DNA from: Epithemia pelagica
Taxonomy: Eukaryota; Protista; Bacillariophyta
NCBI GenBank assembly: GCA_946965045.2
Contig: OX337228.1
Location: forward strand, 6,572,001 to 6,636,000
Length of the DNA: 64,000 nt
Reading direction: 5' to 3'
Of the stretch, positions 14,504 to 25,297 are shown piece by piece. Below the pieces are notes generated by a model. That model did not search any database and had not been told where the DNA came from. It saw only the letters and a program-made list of their open reading frames with translations. The position numbers were made by a program, and so were the translations under genes. Positions within the stretch are counted from its first letter, which is position 1, and the number at the start of each line of letters is the position of its first letter.

Positions 14504-15465
14504 TCATTGAACCCAATCAAGGCCTTCAGCTTGAGCCTGAGCTTTGGCTAGTTTCCAAGCGGGTGGATTATCGTCAATGAAATCGTGCAGTTGACGTACA
14601 ACTTGGTCTGCCACATCATTTTCATCCATACTTTCATCGATCTCAACTCTCAAATCTGCTTGTTTATACTTGTCCGCACGCTCCGAAATGAGATCCTTCA
14701 ATTTTTGCAACGGATCTTCAGTCAAGAGTAACGGCCTGTCTGTTCCTTCAATTCGCTTATAAATGACTTCGGCTGGACAATCTAACCAAACGACAATGCC
14801 GGTTTGCAGTTTTGACCAGTTCTCCGTACGACACACTATGCCACCACCTGTACTAATAACGCATCTCACATAAGGGTGAACCGAATTAAGAACTTGCGAT
14901 TCAATATCCCGAAATCCATCTTCTCCTTCCTCTTCAAATATCTCGGGGATTGTACAGTTGGTAGCCTTTTCAATGATCACATCCGTATCCAAAAAGTTGT
15001 ATGTTCCCATCCCTGCGATAGAACAAAACAGTTTTTAGTTCACAAGTGTCCAGAGAAGTTATCCGGAGAACATAGGGGCACTGTATTTCCACAGAATATG
15101 CCTGATAACTCACGGCGTGCAATCACATCTCCAACAGTCGATTTTCCAGTTCCCATCATCCCGATCAAATAAAGAGTGGAACCTCCCAATCTGGGTCCCA
15201 GTAGACGCGCAGGGTCGATCTTCATTCCTTCACTTCCCACCATAAGCTCAGGATTCTTGAAGGGATTTTCCACTCCCTGGTCGAACGCTTTCCCTGGATC
15301 CTCATACTCGAAGCCACCGGCAAAGAGTTGATTTCGATACGGTGCAACATGTGATGCCACAGTTCGATGATCCGACACGAAGGGCGCCCGATGCACAAAA
15401 GAAGAAGCTCCATGGTCTCCTACGATCGCGATGGAGATCACGAGCAATAATAGCGTCGCCCACAT
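14504..15465 (-). CDS. aroK: Shikimate kinase, plastid-targeted; intron 15013-15113
   Basis: LIGMMGTGKST Walker A, FLDTD, FRDIE, ISTGGG, RPLL; signal peptide ending ASSF. Confidence 0.93.
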
Positions 15466-15961
15466 GTTTCAGCAGTTCAACTCTGTTGCAGTCCTCTGTT
15501 CTGAAGTCTTGTTGACATTGATGGCACAGAAAAAACCAATGGCAACAAACACACGTATGTAAGTTATCAGCGACTCATAAACGACTGATCTAAACGACGA
15601 TGAGGCGCAAATTGCTCCTAGCTATTCCCCATAGTCTTTGAAGGTTGCATCCTTTAAATAAGTAGACCTAGAGGAGTATTGTGTCGTTTGAAAGCACCCC
15701 AGTTTCGAAAGTACGGCCATTTATTGGACTCTGTGGCTGATTTTGATTCTCTTTTAGCTTCTAAAGGTCAGGATGTACGTACGACTCAGTTTTTGTATGC
15801 ATCCTTCGTTCAGCTTTGGATTTACCTTGAGCCTCTCCCAATGAAAATCAGCTTGGTTCCTAATCCGATAGAGGAGAAAGGGATGGCGTACGCATGAAAC
15901 GTAACCTTTTTGGAGCTACATGGATAATTAGGATGTTGACGCACGGATGCGCCATGGACGT

Positions 15962-17356
15962 CTACCCGCTCGCGTTGAAAAAGGTTTCCGCATCGCACAA
16001 GGTGAACTCCTTCTCGGAGACGGCCGGAATGCCTTTCATCTTGAGTTTCTGATTGAACCGATGCCAATCACTCTTGAAATGTGCTCGGTATTCGGCCGTA
16101 CTATAGAAAGTACCTCCACACGTATTGCAACTCTTGACATCCCCACTACTGCCCACGCCCACCGCTTCCGAAGATGCGGTCGACGTTCCAGGTACAACCG
16201 GACGCGAAGCTTGTTGTTCGTGTCTTGTTGGCACCGTCTGTTCAGCCCTCTCTGTTTGTTGTTGTTGCATTCGCTCTTGCTCTGCTTCCTGTTCTCTTCG
16301 TTTTTCCTTTTTGCTTTTCTTTCGATGTTTCTTTTGTTCTTTTCGGGACAAGGGGAGAGCGTACAAGTCTTTGTCGTCGTCATGACCATCATGATCATCA
16401 TCATGTGCGTCATCTCCCCCAGTGCCAGTAGGTTCACGAATGGTTTGGAGGCGTTCTACCAAGTCATCGACATCTGAATCATGATCCTCAGGGTCTGCCG
16501 ACCCTCTCTCCATCGTATTGTTGTTGTTGTCGTCGTTTGCGTCGAGCGAGAGCGGTTGTTGCTGTCGGCCTGCAATTTCCAGTTGCTCCTCCAAGTCCAT
16601 GTCTCCCTGTTTGGATATGACGACTTGCTCCAAAATCTCCAAGATACCGTCGACCTGAGACATGGTTTCACTTAAATGTCTATACAGCGAGGGATCGACT
16701 TGTACCACCAGTACATTCATGGTCTCTTTGGATTCTCGTCGAATCAATTTGTGAGCATGGGCCTGAAGGGCCAAGTCGACCACGTGTTCTTGATCGGGAG
16801 GATATTGCAATTGCATTTCCATTTTGGCCCGTTCAATCGCAATGACAGTTTTCAAAAACTTGACCGCATCGAGACATTGTTTCTTGATGGATTTGTTGGG
16901 ATGTGCGGTATAACACTTGGCCAGAGCGTGTCGTATTTGCGACGGCGTAAAGGGACGGTCCGATCCATCGGCGCGGACGCAATTGGCGGCCACCCACGTG
17001 GCAATTTGCGACAGAGTATCCTTGATGGATTGGGCACGTTCAAGATCCGACACTTGCAAATTGGATTGTTGCTTGTCACTTTGCTCCAGAATGATCTTGG
17101 CAATCTCCTCTTGATCGCGTGTGCCAAAGGCCTTTTCCAAGTCGGCCGCCTTGGCAAACTGTCCCTTGGACACATTGGTGAATATGCGATCCGTTTGAAG
17201 AACCTCCGACATGTCCTTTTCCAATCCAGCGCGATAGTCCATCACTTTATTGCGGTAACAGGCAATCTCGAATCGCTTCCCACCCTTGTTGCACCGAACG
17301 ACGGCCACGTTGGTCAACTTGACTTGATTGATGGGTTGGTTAATTTGCCTCGACAT
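15962..17356 (-). CDS. SBDS: Ribosome maturation protein SBDS/Sdo1 with C-terminal C2H2 zinc finger
   Basis: NQVKLTNVAVVR, KRFEIACYRNKV, IFTNVSKG; CNTC...HFKSDWHRFN finger. Confidence 0.95.
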   Translation of the reverse strand: MSRQINQPINQVKLTNVAVVRCNKGGKRFEIACYRNKVMDYRAGLEKDMSEVLQTDRIFTNVSKGQFAKAADLEKAFGTRDQEEIAKIILEQSDKQQSNLQVSDLERAQSIKDTLSQIATWVAANCVRADGSDRPFTPSQIRHALAKCYTAHPNKSIKKQCLDAVKFLKTVIAIERAKMEMQLQYPPDQEHVVDLALQAHAHKLIRRESKETMNVLVVQVDPSLYRHLSETMSQVDGILEILEQVVISKQGDMDLEEQLEIAGRQQQPLSLDANDDNNNNTMERGSADPEDHDSDVDDLVERLQTIREPTGTGGDDAHDDDHDGHDDDKDLYALPLSRKEQKKHRKKSKKEKRREQEAEQERMQQQQTERAEQTVPTRHEQQASRPVVPGTSTASSEAVGVGSSGDVKSCNTCGGTFYSTAEYRAHFKSDWHRFNQKLKMKGIPAVSEKEFTLCDAETFFNASG

Positions 17357-17798
17357 GGTGGTGGTTGTGCTCGTGTAGTCTGTCGTCTATTCGTATCTCG
17401 TATCTTGGTCGGTCGGGAGTGGGGAACGTCTGATGGTGGTGTTGTCTTTGTTGGATGAAAGATGTACGACAGCAGGTTCTTCTTTTGCAATCCTTACGAC
17501 TACTGCCAGTTCTGTTTCGAACCTGCGAGAACCTGGAACCTGAGATGGATGGAAATGGTCTGTTGAATGGATGGAGCCTAGGACCCAAACGTGCGGCCCG
17601 ATCGCGCGTGGGTCGTCATTTTTCAAATTGCTCTTGGTTCCCAGTTCCAACCCCATCACAATGCCAAAAAACCAATGCGTCCATCATCATCATTGCTGAA
17701 AAAAAAATAATAGAGACAGGCAAGACAGGACGACCTTGTGTCGCATACACATCCTTGTCCCAGTGTGTCTCTTAGCTACTCGACAAGGAGGAACAACC

Positions 17799-19850
17799 AT
17801 GGTTTCGGGAACCACACCACCAACGATCCAAAAAGTCGATAGCCACAAATCGGATAGCACTCCGACGGCTAGTAGTAATAGTGAGCAGGAACGAGACAAC
17901 AATGACAACGACGATTTCAGCAGCGACCCCGAGGAGGAGGAGGAGGAGGATGATGAGAGATCCAGCAGCGAGGAAGACGACGAGAGTGACGAGTTTTCCG
18001 ACGATCACAGCGATCGTTCCTCCTATGCCTCTTCGGATTCGGTGACAGAAAAACAACAACAAGTGGATTCCTCCGAGCAGCAACATCAAGACCAGAATCA
18101 TATTCGTACTACTACAAGCCAACCTCGTTCAAGCGTCACAGCAATGACAACCCTGGAGAACAATTTCTATTCCTTCAACAGCGAAAAGAGCCAGTTGCAT
18201 AGTCGAAGGAGAAAGACTCGGTCCAGCAATGATCATGACCATCCATCGCAGCCAAGAGCAGCAGCAGCAAGCGATGATGATGACGCCGCCCATAAAAAGA
18301 GAAAGCGAAAGCCTGGACGATCCTGGAGAAAGAGCGACGGATGGAATAGGATTGATCGTCTCGCCATGGTGCTGGATCGAAACTTTCCACTGGTCCCACT
18401 GTATCGATTCTGTCAAGTACTGTTTTATCTTTGTTTTCTCTTTTGGTGTTTGGTGTTGCTTCACCATGTCTGGCCGTCCACATCACACAAACGGTCCAGG
18501 CCATGGGATTCCACCGTTCCGGACCATACACTGAATGCTGTATTGGAAGGATCTCCTAAGGAACAGCTCCCACCCGAACTAGTTAGGGAGAAACGAAGTG
18601 TCTATGGCTTTTTCAAAGACGTCTCGGAAGGCTTATTGGACATGGCTGCTCCCAACAAAGGAGGATCTGTACTTGATTCTGCTCTTCGTCGTCGAAAAAA
18701 TCGAGAAGTCGATGCCCCCGGTTGTGTCCGAGAGGAATGGCAATCATACCATTTTCCAACCTGCAACGATGTGCATGAAATTGATACCCGCGACATTTTT
18801 GACCATAGTCATCCCAACACGGCCTTTGGTGGACAACGTCCGCATCGTCACAGTGTCAATGACACCTTTCCGCCCCTCCAACACAACTTTGTCAATCTCA
18901 TGGCACTGCACCAACACTGGACGACTCCGGAAAATGGAGCAAGTGGTACGCATGAGGCCACTCACTTCTGGGATCCGGCGCCTCGGTTGGGATATTTGGG
19001 CAGTGGATATTGGAAAAACGTGTGGGCCGTCAATCCACGGATTGTAGACGAAGTGGTGGTGTTCAAGGCCATGAAGCGTCAACATGATTTGGATCGGCGC
19101 AATCTGGACCGACATCGAAGGGATGCCCTCGTCATGGAGCGTCTGACGTCCTCCCCACATGTTGTAGATATCCACGGGCATTGTGGATCGTCCGTCCTCT
19201 CGGAGTACATCCCCACGACCTTGTCCAGTATCGTGGAAACGGATATGTTCCATCGCAAAAAGCAACCCTCCAAACTGAAACAGCCAGGCTTGCCCCAGTT
19301 GACAAGAGATACGCCTCAAGGACGACTTGCTCTTTCACTGCAAGTCGCTTACGGACTCTACGAACTTCACAATGGTATGGGGTCGTCTCCCATTGTTCAT
19401 GCTGATGTTACAGCGGAACAGTTCCTGGTAACCAGTGACGGAACGATTAAAATCAACGATTTCAATCGATGTCGCTTCATGGCTCACAAAGAGTCGAATG
19501 CATCGGAGCTCTGTGAGTTTATTATTCCGTCTGCTCCAGGAAGGGCACGATCTCCGGAGGAGTACTCGGTGGAAAAGTTGACCCATCAGATTGATGTATA
19601 CTCGTTGGCAAATGTGTTGTTTCTCATTTTGACAGGAGAGGATCCATGGCAAGGTCTGACCATGGGTGAAACCAAGCTGACGGTGCGAAAAGGTGGAATG
19701 CCGGAGATTCCGGCAGAGTTTCGTCAGGCCAACTCGACCGACGCAAGTCTCACACAGTTGATTGAACGAGCCTATGAATTCAATCCCAAAACACGAATCA
19801 CCTCCAAGGCTCTTCTTCAGGAATTGCAAACGCTAGCGAATGAAGTATGA
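17799..19850 (+). CDS. Type II membrane protein kinase-like protein
   Basis: Acidic/basic N-terminus, one TM helix (VLFYLCFLFWCLVLL), then LGSGYWKNVW, VFK, VHADVTAEQFL, INDFN, SPEEY, DVYSL. Confidence 0.85.
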   Translation: MVSGTTPPTIQKVDSHKSDSTPTASSNSEQERDNNDNDDFSSDPEEEEEEDDERSSSEEDDESDEFSDDHSDRSSYASSDSVTEKQQQVDSSEQQHQDQNHIRTTTSQPRSSVTAMTTLENNFYSFNSEKSQLHSRRRKTRSSNDHDHPSQPRAAAASDDDDAAHKKRKRKPGRSWRKSDGWNRIDRLAMVLDRNFPLVPLYRFCQVLFYLCFLFWCLVLLHHVWPSTSHKRSRPWDSTVPDHTLNAVLEGSPKEQLPPELVREKRSVYGFFKDVSEGLLDMAAPNKGGSVLDSALRRRKNREVDAPGCVREEWQSYHFPTCNDVHEIDTRDIFDHSHPNTAFGGQRPHRHSVNDTFPPLQHNFVNLMALHQHWTTPENGASGTHEATHFWDPAPRLGYLGSGYWKNVWAVNPRIVDEVVVFKAMKRQHDLDRRNLDRHRRDALVMERLTSSPHVVDIHGHCGSSVLSEYIPTTLSSIVETDMFHRKKQPSKLKQPGLPQLTRDTPQGRLALSLQVAYGLYELHNGMGSSPIVHADVTAEQFLVTSDGTIKINDFNRCRFMAHKESNASELCEFIIPSAPGRARSPEEYSVEKLTHQIDVYSLANVLFLILTGEDPWQGLTMGETKLTVRKGGMPEIPAEFRQANSTDASLTQLIERAYEFNPKTRITSKALLQELQTLANEV

Positions 19851-20009
19851 GACGCACGCAAATAGGTATTCAACCGCTCATGTCGGTTTAAATTATGGAC
19901 AAGTGAAACAAAATAGAAGAATGAGGATTATTTTACTCTAGAAAGCCTGTTAGGCGATGCTTGGGATTCCCCGCTTCTCCTAGCAAAATTTGACGGCCTT
20001 CCAAAAGTG

Positions 20010-20092
20010 TCTCGCGAACCGGAATCGAACCGGTGACCGATGGATTTATGTGCAACTACAGTCCACCGCTCTACCAACTGAGCTATCACGAG
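20010..20092 (-). tRNA. tRNA-Tyr(GUA) with a 10-nt intron
   Basis: Acceptor stem CTCGTGA/TCGCGAG plus discriminator A; D-arm GCTCAGTTGGTAGAGC; anticodon stem GTGGA/TCCAT around CT-GTA-G; intron TTGCACATAA after position 37; T-loop GGTTCGATTCC. Confidence 0.96.
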
Positions 20093-20196
20093 CTACCCGT
20101 CCAGTTGTTTCCACAATATAAGAACGCAAATTCACGGCACCTAAGCTTGCGAAATCATGAAGACAGAAATGGCAGGGGGATCTTAGATCCTCTACG

Positions 20197-22329
20197 ATGG
20201 GTTTCTCGCATGTGAAACTAATTTTCTGGAGGTTAATGGAGCGCAGCCGCGTTCCAATTAGTTTGCACAAGGATCTACAACTTGGAGTTGTTCGACTGCC
20301 TCGTCAACCCATTGCTCGGACGATACGTATCACTGAATTGAATTTCCGGTCGTCGTCGTCTAGTTCTTCGAATCGATCTCCCCTCTTTGATTTCTTTCCG
20401 ACAAGTCAAAAACCTTGGCACAATGCAAATTTTCTGGACAAAGAATCTGATCTCACCAAAGAGAAGTGGCTGACACAACTACAAATGGATTCTCCCCATC
20501 TCGTGGACCGTCAAGCGTTCCTTGTCGTATTACGTTCGATCGCAGTGTCTGGTGCTGGCGACGGACCCATGCGGGCCGAAAGATTGGTTTGGAAGCTTGA
20601 AGAGTTGTGGACCGAGGAGGAGAATGAAATCCGAAAGGCGGAACTCGAACCAAACGCTGAATGTTATCGAAGAGTCATTGAATCATGGTCCAACGCAACC
20701 AACGAAGACATTAAGGTCAGCCTGGTTCGTGCCGAAAAGATGTTGCAAAAACGGCGGCGTCCTGAAACAGAGTGTTACAATGCCTTTCTCGATCTTTGTA
20801 CCAAGGGCCGAGGGGCGAAATACTCTCGTGTCACTGTCGAAGAGAACGCCCAGAAAGCTGAAGATCTTTTGAGGTTCATGATTGACGACAAGATACAGAA
20901 TGGAGACCGATCTGTGTCAGCTCCCAACCTGGATAGTTTCAACTACGTCATACGAGGATGGACACGCTGTCGCAAGAATCGAGATATTGCCGCGAAAACT
21001 ACAGAAGCACTGAGACTTTTGGAACATTACCACAGCAACGTGGATAGCTGTGTTCAACCAGACACGAAATCATATTCCATGTTAATGGACGCCTTTTCCA
21101 TTCAGGCAAAACTAAAAGTATCAACCAAGCATGTGGATAAAGATGACAAAGCCTGTAATGGAATGAATGAGATCAATCTTATCGAGGAGCTTTTGGAAGA
21201 ACTGCACAAGAATGAAGCGGAAGGATACATGCATTTGGCGCCCACTACGGCTGTTTACAATCAACTGCTGTCCTGTTGGGCGCACCTCGCCAAGCTTCAT
21301 AGCCATGCTCCCTTTGAGGCAGAAAAGGTAAAACTAAGTGACTGCGACCTGGACTCTGTCTTTCTGTGATGCTCATTCGTCATGGTTCGATTTCTTCAGG
21401 TGTTTCACCGGATGCGTCTTCGAGGTCAAAATGCCATTGCTCCAGACAGCTTGTCCTACAGCATTATCGCTCGAGCCTGGGCAAATTCATCTCACCCCAC
21501 AGGTGCCGAACGAGCATCTTGGTGGCTGGGAAAACTGTGGAGGGATTTTGAAGCATTTGGGGATGAACGGTTACGTCCAACCACATCAATTTACAATTCT
21601 GTCATGCTGTCATGGAACCAAGTTCAAAAGCCAGAAGTTGCAGAAACCTATCTCAATGATTTAATGGAACACTTTGAACGTCGGTCGGTTCCTAATTTGG
21701 TGCCCAACTCGGAGAGTTTTGTGAATGTGATTCGAGGATGGCTGGATCTCGGGATGAAAGGAAGCCAGGACGCGGTTGGGAAAGCAGCGCACTGGTTGGA
21801 TGTCCTACAAAAGCTGGAAGATGCAGAGATTGCGGGTGTCACAACGGTCCCCGAACTCTACGATATGATTCTACGAGCTACGGCACGGTGTGCCTCGACG
21901 TGCCCCGACGTATTGGACCTTGCCTTTCATGTCTTTGGGGCACTTCGACGATCGCGTCATTCTCTCACTTCTCAAAGCTATGCACGGCTCCTCCGAACAG
22001 GTCTTTTGGCCCTGTCGCTTCCCGAAAACAATCAGCTACGAGAATCCTTTGTGAAGGAGTTGATCAAGGATTGTGCCGAGTCTGGTTTGGTAGGAGGCCC
22101 AGTGATTGTCGCTCTATCGAACTGCCCCGTGTTTTACAGCGGCTGGACGTTGCAGGAAAGTGAACGCCTCACCGCCGAAGTTTTTCCGCAATGGCCACTG
22201 CCGCCCTCTTGGACTCGCAACTTACCAAGCGACTATTTCCCTACCGAACAAGACTTGATCCGAACCGGCAACGAAATCAGTCCTCATAGACATGGTCCTG
22301 GACTCAACAAGCTGAGGCCGGTGAGATGA
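20197..22329 (+). CDS. Pentatricopeptide-repeat-like protein; intron 21328-21399
   Basis: Repeated PPR-like openings PNAECYRRVIESW, PETECYNAFL, PNLDSFNYVIRGW, PDTKSYSMLM, PTTAVYNQLL, PDSLSYSIIA, PTTSIYNSVM. Confidence 0.88.
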
Positions 22330-23005
22330 TGAATGAATCGGTGAGCTTTCGTTGAGACAATGCTTTCATTGGCCATACAGAGGAGCCAGAGATGGGAAAC
22401 GCTGTATAACCTTGGAGCGTCTCGTGGCTCTTGGCATGTCAGGTGGAAATGGACAGCGGATGCTGGATTGTCGGGTGAATCAAAAGACAATTTTGTCGGT
22501 CGTTTTATAAGCCAGTCACTTTTCAATCCCATTGTCAACCTAACGATTGAATCGTCACAGGAGAGCCGTCTCCGTCGAAGGGTTTATAAGAAAGCATGTG
22601 AGATCGAAACACGATCCATCCATTGAAGCATCCGCTCATTTTTTGTATTTTACGGATCGATTGCCCACAGAGATAAAATAAATCGCGTTGTGACCGTGAG
22701 ACGGATGAACTGATTTTGTCTTGGGCATTCTTGTACGGGCCGGCGTCTGGGGGATTGGGGGAATCGTTTATTGTCTGTCGTTCACAAGATTGCTGGGAAA
22801 AGATTCAACGGACGCTCCATTACGACTGCCCAATCGTCCCACACGAAAGCCGAGCCTTTCCTGGAGCACGCAGTGTTCTCTCACTTGATCAATCCAACAA
22901 ACTTGTTTTGCCTCTCTTGTCTATAAAAATTCTTGATCCTTTCTCATTCTCCATCCACAAGAACACGAATCCTCTTTTTGGTAGTATTAGCGAGTTGGTT
23001 GCACC

Positions 23006-24484
23006 ATGGCTGACTACCCACCACCGGCCGATAAAATCAAAGACGATACCAATGATACCAAGGATGCCGGCGATTCCGATTCCGTCGACCTTCATGATAT
23101 TACAGACGTGACCTTGGGTCCGGATGGCGGCGGTGCCCACACCATGGTTGCCACCAAAAGCGCCAGCGAGGTTTCGGCCCGCCAACGACGCACCAAGAAA
23201 CTCTTGATCTACGCTGCCATTGCGACAGTAGTGTTGTGCATTATCATTGGTATTGCAGTGGGAGTTTCGGGAGGTGGTGGCAGCAGCAGTGGATCGACGG
23301 TGGGTGTGACACTTCCTAAACCCCAAGTCGAAGAGTCCACACTGGAGCGAAACCGAAAGACCTTGACGCAGATCCTCATCCCGAGATACACGGCTCGTGG
23401 TATGGATATGGCCCCCGTCAGCGAGCCCGACACTTTCCAAAACCGTGCCCTGGATTATGTGGCCGGTTCCGAACTCTTTGAAGAGCTTACTGCCGACCAA
23501 AACGTGGAACGGTACGCCGCCGTCGTCTTTTACTTGTCCACATTTCGACAGCCCCATCTTTTGAACCAGAACTTGCAACCCTGGCAGCGCAATCGAAACT
23601 GGTTGGCCAATACCGAAATCTGTCTGTGGGAAGGTATCGAATGTAACGCAAATGAATCCGTGGTCGGTATTGTTCTCCCAGAAAACAGAATGTCTGGAAC
23701 TTTGCCGTTCGAGTTGTCTCTTTTGGACAACCTGTCCAAGCTTGATCTGACTTCCAACTTGATTTATATGGACGAGAACAACCATGGATTATGGAGCATG
23801 CTTCCTGGCCTGCGACAACTTCTCATGGATGACAACTTTGTGATCAGCGAAACCGGAATCCCTGAGGAGTTTGCGGATTTGTCCAGTATTGAGAAAATAT
23901 CGCTCTCTTTCAACTTGCTCCAAGGTTCCTTCAACGAAGGTGTGTTTGGATCTATGGAATCTCTGATGCATTTCGAAGCGGAATCCAACTACATCTCGGG
24001 TAGTCTTCCCGATGACATGCTCAAGCTTCCTCGATTGACCTACATTTACATGCGCCGCAACTCCCTCGAGCTCACCCTGGCCGACATTCTCGTACCAGGC
24101 AACTTGCCGTCTCTCTTTGCCCTGTGGCTCGATGGAAATTCCATTACGGGCAACATTCCCGCTTCGATTGGTGGATTCACCTCTCTGGCATCTCTCAGTA
24201 TTACCGGCACTCAGTTGGCTGGTCCCATTCCTCCCGAAATGGCACAGTTGACCGACTTGCAACGTTTGTGGTTGTACGAAAACCAACTGACGGGCGAGAT
24301 TCCAGTCAATGTGGCCAACGCATGGAGCAACATTGAAGTCCTTGAAGTGTACGGCAATGATCTGGTGGGTACCATGCCGCCTTCCATTTGTGCGGCCGTG
24401 GCCGCGTCCGACTACGAGTTGGCCATTTTGTCGGCCGACTGTGGCGAAATCGACTGCCAGGATTGCTGCACGGAATGTTACTAA
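23006..24484 (+). CDS. Single-pass membrane leucine-rich-repeat protein
   Basis: TM helix LLIYAAIATVVLCIIIGIAVGV; WLANTEICLWEGIEC cap; plant-type LRRs (LxxLxLxxNxLxGxIP); C-terminal Cys cap. Confidence 0.9.
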   Translation: MADYPPPADKIKDDTNDTKDAGDSDSVDLHDITDVTLGPDGGGAHTMVATKSASEVSARQRRTKKLLIYAAIATVVLCIIIGIAVGVSGGGGSSSGSTVGVTLPKPQVEESTLERNRKTLTQILIPRYTARGMDMAPVSEPDTFQNRALDYVAGSELFEELTADQNVERYAAVVFYLSTFRQPHLLNQNLQPWQRNRNWLANTEICLWEGIECNANESVVGIVLPENRMSGTLPFELSLLDNLSKLDLTSNLIYMDENNHGLWSMLPGLRQLLMDDNFVISETGIPEEFADLSSIEKISLSFNLLQGSFNEGVFGSMESLMHFEAESNYISGSLPDDMLKLPRLTYIYMRRNSLELTLADILVPGNLPSLFALWLDGNSITGNIPASIGGFTSLASLSITGTQLAGPIPPEMAQLTDLQRLWLYENQLTGEIPVNVANAWSNIEVLEVYGNDLVGTMPPSICAAVAASDYELAILSADCGEIDCQDCCTECY

Positions 24485-24720
24485 AGAGAATCAGAATAAA
24501 TAATGCGCAGTACGAGACACTGTGAAAGTGCTACTCGAATGAACATTTCGAAACACTCACTTCCATTCCACTACCACTACATTAGATCAAATTAATAAGT
24601 TACATGTTACAAGAAGAGTGTGGTTGGTAATCTTATCATAGTTGACCGAATGGTTTTGGAAGTTTGAATGGGTAGCAGTTCAAGTGTGTGTACCTTTCGA
24701 CGGACGGACTCAATCACGGG

Positions 24721-24852
24721 GAGTCGGGGGGGCAACCCTAAACCCTCTATAGATCATGGTGAGACAGACAGACTCTTCCAGCGCGAGTTGGGGGGCAACC
24801 CTATAGAAACCCTAACTATATAGATCATGGTTCGACAGACAGACTCTTCCAG
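24721..24852. repeat. Two imperfect ~65-bp tandem units containing telobox-like AACCCT(A)
   Basis: GAGT.GGGGGGCAACCCTA...TATAGATCATGGT..GACAGACAGACTCTTCCAG starts at 24721 and 24785. Confidence 0.9.
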
Positions 24853-25297
24853 TCCTTGTTTTGTTGCGCACTCATCCGATTGAACATATTATTCGTACCC
24901 AGGATAAGAATTTTAGTAATTTTATCCTCATTTGAGTCGCACAAAACCTCTTTTTTATCCTGAGATTGCTTATCTCGTGACCAATAACGGAGATTATCCG
25001 CTGGATAAAATGCCTTATTTGTAGTGGGATAAGGCCTGTCCGTCATCAATTCCTCGTACTTCTATCTAGTAACCGGCATGCGCGAACACAACGCCCGTCT
25101 AACCCGACATCCTCCCAGCATTGCCAACCCAAAGACACCGACAATGCTCTTTCGTAGTAACCGTCCAATGACCAATTATCCCAAATGCCGAATAACCATC
25201 TCGCCGTCATCAACGTAATTACGATATCTAAAGACTAGTAATGCCTATTCAAAAAATTTGTTTGTTTGTTTCGTTGCGCTTTCTTCCACCTTCCACC

